Assembly (NCBI RefSeq): GCF_964204645.1
Contig: NC_134028.1
Location: forward strand, 15,631,653 to 15,695,652
Direction of reading: 5' to 3'
DNA: 64,000 nt
Source of the DNA: Tubulanus polymorphus
Taxonomy: Eukaryota; Animalia; Nemertea
Shown: in pieces, positions 51,548 to 63,074 of the stretch
Layout of the letters: the number at the start of each line of letters is the position of its first letter
Position numbering within the stretch: position 1 is the first letter of the stretch
Translations under genes and position numbers: made by a program
Notes under the pieces: model-generated
Databases searched by the model: none
What the model was told of the DNA's origin: nothing
The model's input: the letters and a program-made list of their open reading frames with translations, nothing else

Positions 51548-51865
51548 CTAACCTTTGTATACGAAATAGAAATCTCCAGAACATATTTCTTCTAGATCTT
51601 CACTTGATAATCTATGAAATCTATCCGGTAAATATGTTCTGAATTTATATGTATTTCCTTTTAATCCTTCATATTCTAAGTGTATAACTAATTTATCTCC
51701 ATAGTTATTAGTAACTGTATCAATATTTGTAATTAGATATTTCTTATGGATTGTTAATTCTGTTAACTTTTTGAATTTATAATCTACAGATTTTACATTT
51801 GTTATATCTTTAATTCTATCTAGAAATAATTTGTTGTTCTCACTGTGCGCTTGTTTACTCTCCAT
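51548..51865 (-). CDS. Small beta-rich protein (possible OB-fold/ssDNA-binding)
   Basis: Intact 105-aa ORF next to pPolB; YGDKLVIHL..TYLPDRF..FVYKG; function is a guess. Confidence 0.5.
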   Translation of the reverse strand: MESKQAHSENNKLFLDRIKDITNVKSVDYKFKKLTELTIHKKYLITNIDTVTNNYGDKLVIHLEYEGLKGNTYKFRTYLPDRFHRLSSEDLEEICSGDFYFVYKG

Positions 51866-51894
51866 TTATAATACATATTTTTATTAAAATTTGA

Positions 51895-54800
51895 TTAACA
51901 CGTTAGAATTCTTTTCATTATCTCGTTCTCTTTTGTTTCTTCTCTTTTAAATTTTAAGTATTCATCTAAATTGCAACCATATGCAACTGTATGAATTCCA
52001 TCATCTAAAATATATCTTTTATCATCAAATGGGTTTAGACTTATCTTTTCAATTTCTTCAATAAACATTTCATGATCTTCAGATCTTAAACATCTCATCT
52101 TATGTTTTCTAACTTCTTCATTGAATATACAATTGATGTAATCTTTGAAATGAATATTCTTTTCTACTACACTTTTGGTTATTCCTTTTAACTTTTTAGC
52201 TTCATGCTCTGTAGTTTTATATGAATACATTTTAGATCTAATACCTATGAACTCTATCATTTCTTCACCGCCTAATTCATCCTTAAACTTCCCTGGAACT
52301 TCTTTATTATCATTGCTAAACAATTCATGATCTTTAGGATAATTACTGAAATCAAAATGTTTTAATGTTTTTAAATCATCAGTTATGTTATCAGTTTTTA
52401 TCTTTAATATGTAACTGTCAGTAACAAAATATAAGATTTCTATATGTTTTTCTCCAAAAAGTGGTTGTAATACATTATAATAAAATTCATACATTAGTAA
52501 TTTTGATAATTCTAAAACTGATGCTCCAACATAGATTGGTTTATTAAATTTCATTGATGTTCTTCTCATCTTAACTGCAGCTAAATTTTCATCAAATATT
52601 CTGTTACCAATGAACTTAGGATATGATTGTAAATGCCTTATCCTTTTGCCAATACTAACTAACTCAATATCATTTCTATTTCTAATATTTTCACAAGTCT
52701 TACCATAGAATGCATTATTCATTAACTTGAAGAAATCTTTCTCGAAATCAGTTTTAGCTTTAGTTCTCTGTTTGGTGTTAAAATCTATATATTTTTCTAA
52801 CCACTTAGATTGGCTAAATGAAATATATCTATGTACTTTTTTTAGAATCATTCCTTGATTCAAATAAAACTTTAACATTCTATAATGTACTACATAATTA
52901 TATTTATCATCTTGAGTTACCATTAACTTTTCTGTATGAATATGATTTTCGGGTTTAATTCTTTTTTGATAATTTGATAATTCTTCATGAGTTACAGTTT
53001 TATGTTCGGGACAGTAAGCTAGATTTCTAGATTTAAATTTAATATGTTCAGGATATTCCAAGTCTACAACAAAGAAGTAACCAATATCTGAATCATCTGC
53101 AATATCTAGAATTCTTCCAAAAATTTATCATTATTTTCATTCTGTAAAACTTCACTTATTTCAAATACTCCATAAGGTTGTGGTTCCATCATTGCCCAAC
53201 CATACAAATTATTTGCATCTATATATAATAACTTATATTCGGGGTTATCATTTACATTGAAATATCTATCACCTAATACACCTGAAACTCCTCCTCTTAT
53301 AGATTTTTCAAATAATAATAATTGATCTATATTTGTTAACAAATCCATTTTTATATCTGTAAATTTTAAACCACAATCCCATGTTAATCCTGGACTTGAA
53401 TAACAATGACAAGGATCAATGTTAAAATATTTTAGGTTTACATCTCTAAACCTTTCGAATATATCGGTTAATAATAATACATCTGATTTTAGATATAAAT
53501 CTACTAATTGTCCATGATTTGTTATTTTAAAATGATTCCAAATATTTAATGTTCTATTATATACTTCATCTTTAACATATTCATTTTTTAATTCATCATA
53601 GAATTGTTCTTTCAATAATTCAGTTATGTTAAAATCATTATGTGATTTATAAAATGAATATGGAATTGCTCCTTTATATCTCATTAATTTAAAATCATCA
53701 TTATTTGGGTCATGTTGCATTAATATTTTTAATTCATCATCAACTAATGATTTTGATAAGTTATCTAATGAACTATTTAAAAATCTATATGAATCTATAA
53801 ATCTTAGGCAACCAAATTGGAATGATATATAATTCTCAGATGTTTTAGCTAACATTCTAAATTTATAAGTTGGTATTTTATCTTTTGATCTATTTGAATT
53901 TAATCTTTCTATTTCATTATTAATTTCTTCTATTTAATGGCATAACTATTTGATAAATAAATGAGCATCATATCCTGATAGATTATGAAATATAACTGGT
54001 ACAAAGTTAATTTTCTTAGCTTGTAAGTTACAATTCTCATGCGCTGCGCCTCTAAACTTTCCATTCAAATGATCATGGTCTCTTACTTTTTTATCTTTAT
54101 AATTAAATATCTTTTCACAATAATAACATTTATCTGCAAACTCAAATGCTTCTTTATCTTCTTCTGTCATTATAATTTCTATATTTGTATTCAATAATTT
54201 ACTAAATCTTATTTCATATTCAATTAATAAGTCACAAAAATGATTGATAACATTTTCATTTCTATAATCATAATATTCATTTTCAATTAGTTCTAGATAA
54301 TCAGATTTTATATATAACCCGAAAGCAGCAGCTGATTGATGAATCTTTTTAATAGTATTTGTTTTTGGTGGTTCATCTGAAAAATCATTTTCATTAGAAT
54401 TTAATTTCTTTCTTTTATAATATATTTCTTTTCTATCTTGATCAGTTAGTTCTTTATTTAATGATTCAAAATCTCCATATATTACAAATGGAACTTTATT
54501 TTTGTAATCATATTTTTTGAATTCTAATATTTTATCTTTTTCATTTGGTAAAACTAATTTACAATAATCATGATTTTCACATAATTGTTAATGATTTAAT
54601 AATGTACTTTCATTACTGAATCTATGTAAACATTTTCTACATAGATATATTTTATGGTGATCATTTTCTGATTTAAAAAATAAATCGATTTGTTTAATCC
54701 ACATATAATGATTTTCATAATATAATATATCTATAACATCATTTGAATCATAATCTTTTGATAGATATAAAGGTTCTAATGTATAATGTTTTATATTGTT

Positions 54801-55921
54801 ACCTTTTGTATTTGGTAATTTGATTAAATCAAATACATTTATTCTTAAATTATTATCTCTTTCTATTTTTGGGATGTTTTTAATTCTAACAGGATACTTA
54901 TCTATCTTAAAATTATTTTCAAATGGTTTATAATGAGTTAATCTAAAACTATGTGTAATATCTTCTGTTGGATGTAAGCAACTAATTATAGCCCATAGAA
55001 AACATTTATCATCCTCATTTTGTACATTTATTACAGCATTAGTTTTAAATGGTAGTTTAATATAACTCGATGCTTCAATATCTGGTTCTTTATAATATGA
55101 TACATTATTTTCATCAATTGGTTTTGATTTAGTTAACTTATTATATTTTGTGTTATAAACATGTAAAGTCATAAATATTATTTCATCAAATATTAAACCA
55201 GATCCTTCAAAATATTTCTCTTCTATTTTAGTTTTTACTTCATTATAACATTTATCTAATTTATCATCTATATGTTGTTTATATATAATATGTTGTGAAT
55301 GAGAATTTATATTATATATTGGTTTATCTTCAGATTTTATGAATTTAACTTTAGCGGATATACTAATTTTAGGGTATTGAACATCAGTTATTATTTTTAT
55401 TATTTCTTTCATATTTTCTAAATGTTTTTTATTTTCTTCTAATGTTTTTCCTTTATGAAATTTAAACTCGATAGCCGCTGGACCAATATCACTTTTAAAT
55501 GCTTCGGTTATCTCTATATCTTTTTTATTATCTAATGAATTAATATGATTTCTTACATCTTCCATGTATGGTCTTTTATTGTTTAATTTATTTTTTATGC
55601 TTTTAATTGTCTTATGTTTCTTATCATTATCTTTATCAAAATAATCTTCACCTAAAATATCATTATTCTTATTTCTAATATGAATTTTAAATTTTAAATG
55701 TTCATTATAATATCTTTTATCACTGAATGGTTGATTACATGTATCACATTTATATATTTCTTTTTCATTCTTTAATTCATCTAATTTAGTTTCTAATATA
55801 TCATCTTTATATTCTAGTTTCAATTTATTCTCTAAATGTGTTTTAGTTTTATTGTGCCTTGCTTTTTGGGATTTATCTATATTGATATTACATGTTGGAC
55901 AGTAGTACTTATTTGCTTCAA
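51895..55921 (-). pseudogene. Protein-primed family B DNA polymerase (zinc fingers, vOTU-like, exonuclease, EndoVII-like insert, Pol), disrupted
   Basis: YGDFES, FHNLSGYD, RFIDSY, YIDANNLYG, KLMNNAFYGKT, YFVTDS (DTDS mutated); stops and frameshifts; start is TTG here but ATG in the sister copy (60611). Confidence 0.93.
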
Positions 55922-56154
55922 TTTTAATACTAAAATTTTTATTAAAATTGATTTTAGAAGTTCAATGATTTATATCATGTATTATTCACAATCACACTTT
56001 ACTAACACTTTTAATGTTTAAAAATCTAACTCATACAAATATAAATATTGAAATAATGATTAAATATATCTATATATCTATTCTATAAGAGCTCACACTT
56101 TTATATTGAATAATCTGTCAATTTAAACGTTATTCATTTACATGATTATTTTAA

Positions 56155-56345
56155 GAGTAATAGGGATAATAGGCTTTCAGGTTAAAGGTTGAAGGGGCGA
56201 GTGAGTAAAAAAGGAAAATAACAATAATTTACAGTTGAATTAGGAGTGTGCGCGACTAATTCAACTGTAAATTATGGTTATTTTCATTTTTTTACGAGCT
56301 CGACCCTTCGACCTTTGATCTGAAAGCCTATTATCCCTATTACTC
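56155..56345. repeat. ~190-bp terminal hairpin of Polinton copy A
   Basis: gagtaatagggataatagg...gttgaattag [12-nt loop] ctaattcaac...cctattatccctattactc. Confidence 0.9.
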
Positions 56346-56605
56346 CTAGGCCTAAATTGGAACCTCATTAATCAGTGGGTTGCACTATACATCTTTTTAT
56401 GATATATTATAACAATCGAAATCTTAAGTTCAAAAACCTGGAACAAAGTTCCCGTAATTATGAAAATCGCAATTAATATAGGGAAGTTACTTTATCAAAT
56501 TCTGATGCTTGATAGAGTGTAAAACATATTTGTAGAGTGTAAGCGCATTTATTTTCCAACCTCCAATAAAAACCACAAGAATTATCATTATACACTACAA
56601 TGACG

Positions 56606-57750
56606 TCACTGCATGCGCAATAGGCAATACAAACCGTTGTTTATTGAAATGCCCCGGTAGTTATCTGGGCAATTAGGATCCCCTTTGTTTTTAAAAAGTG
56701 GAATTATTGTTGATAGTCCCCAGTCGTGTGGGTAAATTCCTGAGTCCAAGATACGATTAAATAAGGTAGTGAGAACAGGTGATAAATTATTTGCAACTGA
56801 TTTAAGGATTTCGTTGATTATCTCATCGGGTCCGGGTGACCTGTTATTTTTTAGTTTTTTGGTTGCATTTATAACCTCTTCTTCAGTTAGGTCTCTATTA
56901 AGGGCATCAAAATTCAACGTTGCAAAATCGAAATCGAAATGTCCCTCTGGGGGTTCAGTATTATCATAGTTGGGTTTTCTATTTAGTGTATGAAAATGGT
57001 TCACCAAGTCGTCAAAATTTGCTTCACATTGTGGTGCATTCGCCTTTTTGCGGAAAATTTTTAGAAACTTTTAGGATCAGACATCTTTAACATTCTAATT
57101 TCGTGATTAGTTCCTGTCGTGCGCGCATTTCGTTCACGATTAACCGATTGTTTATAGTTAGTGTATGCGTTGTTCAGAATTTGTTTAGTTTGTTCATTTT
57201 TGATACTCTTAAAGTGCCTTTTGGCACGCCTATATGCCCGGCGCTTTTCTATGACATTGCGTGAATGGTGACGGGAGGCTTTATCATTGTTATTGCGTTT
57301 ACCTAGTAATCTTTCTCCCATTGTATCTAGAGCCGTTCGCTTTAACGTGTCAACGAGTGTTGTTACAAGTGTTAGGTTCCGCCTGGTTTAATAAATCTTG
57401 CTGGATAATATCAATGTCCGTACTATTATGGATTTTAATCATGTAATCAACTATTTTAGTTTTGTTCCAATTAATCTTTCGTGATCAACAGGTTCTTCGT
57501 TGGTGTCATTTATTATTGTTGATTTGCTAGAAATTTGTATTTCGATAGGGCAATGAACATCTGAAAATAGTCGGTCGAAACACAACACTTTAAAATGCAC
57601 GATTTTTTCAAATAGGGGATAACTCGCTATGCCGTGTAATCGACCACATGAAAATTATCTGACTTAACGCATGTGTGTTTGCCCACATTTTTATCTTCAC
57701 CGAGACGACCATTACATATAAATATAGTGTGTGATTTACAAAATTCGACT
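56606..57750 (-). mobile_element. LINE ORF2 fragment (endonuclease end, linker, start of RT)
   Basis: FSDVHCPI; KNNRSPGPDEI.NEILK..LFNRILDSG.YP..W..IIPLFKNKGD..PDNYRGIS. Confidence 0.85.
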
Positions 57751-57756
57751 AATTTG

Positions 57757-58035
57757 GGGTGTTACTAAAACTATGCACTACTAAAACGAAGACCGAAGAC
57801 GAATGCACTTTGCGAGACTAAACCTATGCATGACTAAAACGAAGACCGAAGACCTATGCACTCATTAGAAATCATAACTAGGGGCGCTATCTGTATATTC
57901 AACCACCTCTGTCGATGAGTATAGGCAATAGGGACCTACTCGATATAAACATACATAAGGAAACGTAAAATGTTCGTTTATTTTTCTCGGGTGCATAGGT
58001 CTTCGTTTTAGTAGTACATAGTTTTAGTAACACCC
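57757..58035. mobile_element. MITE with ~38-bp TIRs
   Basis: gggtgttactaaaactatgcactactaaaacgaagacc / ggtcttcgttttagtagtacatagttttagtaacaccc. Confidence 0.8.
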
Positions 58036-58840
58036 AAATATAATTTCACTTAATGATAAGCCAGAACCTTCAATATATCTTTCTTCAATATATCTTTTGA
58101 ATTCATTAAATATTTTTTCTAATTTCTCTTTTATTTGTGTTTTTGAAATTATTTCTTCAGAGTGTGTTTGAATATTATAATCCATTTTTTCTTCTGATTT
58201 TACAAAACTCACTTTCCCAGAGATACTAATTTTTGGATATTCAACATCTGTAATAAAGTCCATTATTTTTTTCCATTATTTCAATAAATTTACTATTATC
58301 TTTTATTGTTGCTCCTTTAAAAAATCTAAATATAATAGCTGCAGGACCAATTTTACTACGTAATGTTTCTCAAATTTCAATTGTATCTTTTATTTCTAGA
58401 GAATCAATATACTTTCTAACATTTTCCATGTAAGGTTTATTTGAAATAGATTTAGTTTTTGAAACTGGTTTTTTTACTTGTTGAGGTTTATCTTCAAAAT
58501 AATCTGTTCCTAAAACATTTTTATTTAAATTTTGTTTGTGTTTTTGTGATTCGAGATGTATCTTAAAATTCCCTTTTTGCTATAAATTCGTTACAAACAT
58601 TACATTTAATTTCATCTTTTTTTCATATTTTCTAATTGTTCTTTTCTTTCTTTGGAATTTTCTGGTGTCTCAAAATCTATAACATTTTTTGTATGATTTG
58701 CAGTTTTTTCATGATGCGATTTTTGAAATTTATCGATGAATTTTTTACAATGATATTGTCCATATTATGGACAATAATATTGATTTTTATTGACATCATT
58801 GTTTTCTGTCTGGTACTAACTGTCTCCCAATTAAACTAAA
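58036..58840 (-). pseudogene. pPolB N-terminal fragment of a more diverged Polinton
   Basis: PYMENVRKYIDSL, IGPAAI, DVEYPKISIS..IEERYIEGSGL are similar but not identical to 54588-55823. Confidence 0.75.
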
Positions 58841-58859
58841 TTCAGAACTGAAAGTGCAT

Positions 58860-59929
58860 TATTAAATCATAAACAATTATGTGAAAATCATGATTATTGT
58901 TTTGAGATAGTTTTACCAAATGAAAAGGATAAAATATTAGAATTCAAAAAATATTATAACAAGAATAAAGTACCATTTGTAATATATGGTGACTTCGAGT
59001 CACTCAATAAAGAATTAACTGATCAAGATAGAAAAGAAATATATCATAAAAGAAAGAAATTAAATTCTAATGAAAATGATGTAATTGATTATTCAGATCC
59101 TCTAAAACAAATACTATTTAAAAGATTCATCAATCAGCTGCTGCTTTTGGATTATACATAAAATCTGATTATCCAGAACTAATTGAAAGTGAATATTATA
59201 ATTACAGAAATGAAAATGTTGTCAATCATTTTTGTGACTTATAAATCGAAAATGAAATAAAATTTAATGAAAAGTTAAATGAAAATAAAGAAATAATTAT
59301 GACAGAAGAAGATAAAGAAGAATTTGAGTTTGCTGATAAATGTTATTATTGTGAAAAGACATTTAATCTAAAAGATAAAAAAAGTAAGAGACCATGATCA
59401 TTTGAATGGAAAGTTTAGAGGCGCAGCGCATGAGAATTGTAACTTACAAGCTAAGAAAATTAACTTTGTTCCAGTAATATTTCATAATTTATCAGGGTAT
59501 GATGCTCATTTATTCATCAAACAGCTATGTCATAAAATAGAAGAAATCAATAATGAAATAGAAAGATTAAATTCAAATAGATGAAAAGATAAAATACCAA
59601 CTTATAAATTTAAAAAGTTAGCTAAAACATCTGAGAATTATAAATCATTCCAATTTGGGTGTCTAAGATTTATAGATTCATATAGATTTTTAAGTAGTTC
59701 ATTAGATAACTTATCAAAATCATTAGTTGATGATGAATTAAAGATATTAAAGCAACACTATCCAAATAATGATGATTTTCAATTAATGAGATATAAAGGC
59801 GCAATTCCATATAGTTTTTATAAATCACATAATGATTTCAATATAACTGAATTATTAAAAGAACAATTTTATGATGAATTAAGATCTGAATATGTTAAAG
59901 ATGAAGTATATAATAGAACATTGAATATT
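58860..59929 (+). pseudogene. Inverted pPolB segment of sister Polinton copy B
   Basis: Reverse-complement homolog of ~53540-54600. Confidence 0.9.
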
Positions 59930-60816
59930 TACTTCATTATAACATTTATCTAATTTATCATCTATATGTTGTTTTGAAATAATATGTTGTGAATGAGAAT
60001 TTATATTATATATTGGTTTATCTTCAGATTTTATAAACTTTACTTTAACTGATATACTAATTTTAGGATATTCAACATCAGTTATTATTTTTATTATTTC
60101 TTTCATATTTTCTAAATTTTTTTTCTTCTAATGTTTTTCCTTTATGAAATTTAAACTCGATAGCTGCTGGACCAATATCACTTTTAAATGCTTCGGTTAT
60201 CTCTATATCTTTTTTATTATCTAATGAATTAATATATTTTCTTACATCTTCCATGTATGGTCTTTTATTGTTTAATTTATTTTTTATGCTTTTAATTGTC
60301 TTCTGTTTCTTATCATTATCTTTATCAAAATAATCTTCACCTAAAATATCATTATTCATATTTCTAATATGACTTTTAGATTTTAAATGTTCTTTATAAT
60401 ATCTTTTATCACTGAATGATTGATTACATGTATCACATTTATATGTTTCTTTTTCATTCTTTAATTCATCTAATTTAGTTTCTAATATATCATCTTCATA
60501 TTCTAGTTTCAATTTATTCTCTAAATGTGTTTTAGTTTTATTGTGCCTTGCTTTTTGGGATTTATCTATATTGATATTACATGTTGGACAGTAGTACTTA
60601 TTTGCTTCCATTTTAATACTAAATTTTTTTTAAAATTGATTTTAGAAGTTCAGTGATTTATATCATGCATTATTTCAATCACACTTTACTAACACTTTTA
60701 ATGTTTAAAAATCTAACTCACACAAATATGAATATTGAAATAATGTTGTAAATATATACTTTTATATTGAATAATCTGTCAATTTAAATGTTATTCATAT
60801 ACATGAATATTTTAAG
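59930..60816 (-). pseudogene. pPolB 5' end and upstream region of Polinton copy B
   Basis: Near-identical to 55238-56155; ATG at 60611. Confidence 0.9.
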
Positions 60817-61225
60817 AGTAATAGGGATAATGGGATTTCTTATCAAAGGTTGAATGGTCGAGTTCATTAAAAACAAATATTAAAAGTAATTTAAAACTAT
60901 AATATATTTTCATAACCGTGTGTATTTCAGTTGAATAATAGAATAATAATTATTATTAAAATATATTTGATTATATGAATTTGTGTATTGTAAATAAATC
61001 AATTGGTCGCGGAGCGGAGCGGTAGCGAAGTGGAGCGACCAATTGATTTAATACAATATGCTTTTAAAATTTAAATTATTAATATCTTAGAATAAATATT
61101 TAGTTATAATATAAAATACACACGGTTATGAAAATATATTATAGTTTTAAATTACGTTTAATGTTTTGTTTTTAGTGAGCTCGACCTTTCGACCTTTGGT
61201 ATGAAAGCCCATTACCCCTATTACT
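60817..61225. repeat. ~410-bp terminal hairpin of Polinton copy B
   Basis: agtaataggg...aattggtcgc[ggagcggagcggtagcgaagtgga]gcgaccaatt...ccctattact. Confidence 0.9.
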
Positions 61226-63074
61226 AACGTGTCATGATAAACATCTGGAATTAAACGTAATAAAGCTACAAAATTTACAAAATGTCGGTTTCGAATCCCT
61301 CAAATAGCCTTACACTTACAAATTATGGATTATCAAACAACTATGAACTCCCACAACGCCACATGTCTTTGATAATCGATACAATAATTGATACAGTGAA
61401 AACCTGGAATTAAATGAAATAAATCTTAAATTCCGATTTGAACCCAACGTAGGCCCTCTCTCTACTTGTAGGCCTAAGATCTTGAAATAGGATAAATAAT
61501 GTTATGGTGAAAGAGGCATAATGCTTCGGAAAAAATTGAATTCAATATGGCTCTTGGCCCGGCAAAGTTTGCTTTTGAAATATCCTTTTGATTAGGCCTA
61601 GTTACACATTTTAAAAGCAAATTTCATTTTGCATCAAATTAAAAGCGGCTTTGTTGAGGAAAAGATTCGTTTGAGTCGTAAAATTTATAGCCTAGAACCA
61701 ATTTCTTCGTCAAAGCGTCAAATTGAGATTGGTTTCCCTGCATTTTTTACATATTACATCACTTACAACGATAAACGTCCGTCGCCTACTGAAAAATTCA
61801 CAAAAACTTCCGCATTGAGAGCGCCACCGCACCAATTCAAATTCAATTATATGGATCGGAAACCCTCCAGCGATGCACTCTATGATCTTTAGAACCTGTC
61901 TTTGCTCACTGGGAATAAGATACTTCTCAGCGCGAAGGGGGCGGGGCGCAGCGTCACCAGGTCCCGCTCCGCGAGGAAGCTAGATTTTCAAAGAAATGAG
62001 TGCACGCGACGGCCGTGACCACTTGTTAGTGACGTCATCAAGAAGGATGGCTCCAAGAATCGCCACATCACAGGTTACTGTGCATAAATGGGATTCGACC
62101 ATTCAAAAGTTCAGAATGTACTTTCTTGTTTTGTAAAACAAGTTTATTCATGTCGTTATATAAAGCATTTTGTTTGAAACATTCTTTAATAATGTTTGTC
62201 GAGTTTAAAGCCAATGGTCGTTGTGTAATTCCATACTGGTCACTGACATCAAAGTTTTAGTTCCTGTTCACATGTTTCGACTTATAAATATCCAACTTGT
62301 ATGTTCTATCTTTTAATACAGGTCATGTGATTAATTGCGTATCACTCCATTAGTTTAAAAAGAGAGCACATATTTCGATATTGTTAAATAATTAACTACA
62401 TTTTTTTCTGTCACACGTTGATTTTTACCCATCACTTATAAAATTCTAATGAACCTGATGTATTCTGTAAGCTATGTAAGCTTGTTCTTAAAAATACACT
62501 ATGAATTTCAATTTGTACTGACCATAATAGTTTATTTTTCGTAAATAAAATTTACATTTTAATTAAATAATTTCAAAATCTTTTCTATGCCCTCTGCAAC
62601 AGAAAGTTACTAAGGACTATTACATATTCAGATGTACGTTGATAATTGATTTCAATCCTCCCTTGAAATAATTATATGAACATTATTTCGGAAAATGCAG
62701 GTGGCGCACAATCATAATACATACAACTCATCAAGCTGACGAGTCGTTTCCGTAACCAATGTTACAGACGGGTAACCAATCTACTCGACTCCGCAGACAA
62801 CTAAACGACGCGAGTAACCCCCAACTTGACTATAACTATAAATTATGTTATGTTAAACCGCATTGGTGTGACTTGACACGTCAAATGCGTATCCCGTATT
62901 GACATATTTCTATTATCAACTTTTCAAACTATGAATAGCACGCCTGCTCAGAAAACCCGTTATCGCTGCTTTGCAGCTATATTCTTATCTTGTTTTTCTT
63001 TAAATTCTTTTTTTTTCTTTAGATTATGATCGATACCATGATGACATAGCAGTACATGGCGACCCATGTAAATA

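Larger units (their letters stand above)
41890..56345. mobile_element. Endogenous Polinton/Maverick (adintovirus-like) element, left end truncated
   Basis: Abrupt shift to very AT-rich, gene-dense, intronless DNA with integrase, ATPase, capsid genes and pPolB. Confidence 0.95.

Noticed and set aside
61930-62120. GC box, CRE site and ATG as a host promoter/first exon
   Set aside because: Short motifs with no supportable downstream gene model.
62735-62815. Hammerhead-like CTGACGAG..stem
   Set aside because: The stem is followed by GCGA rather than GAAA and no stem I/III is evident.
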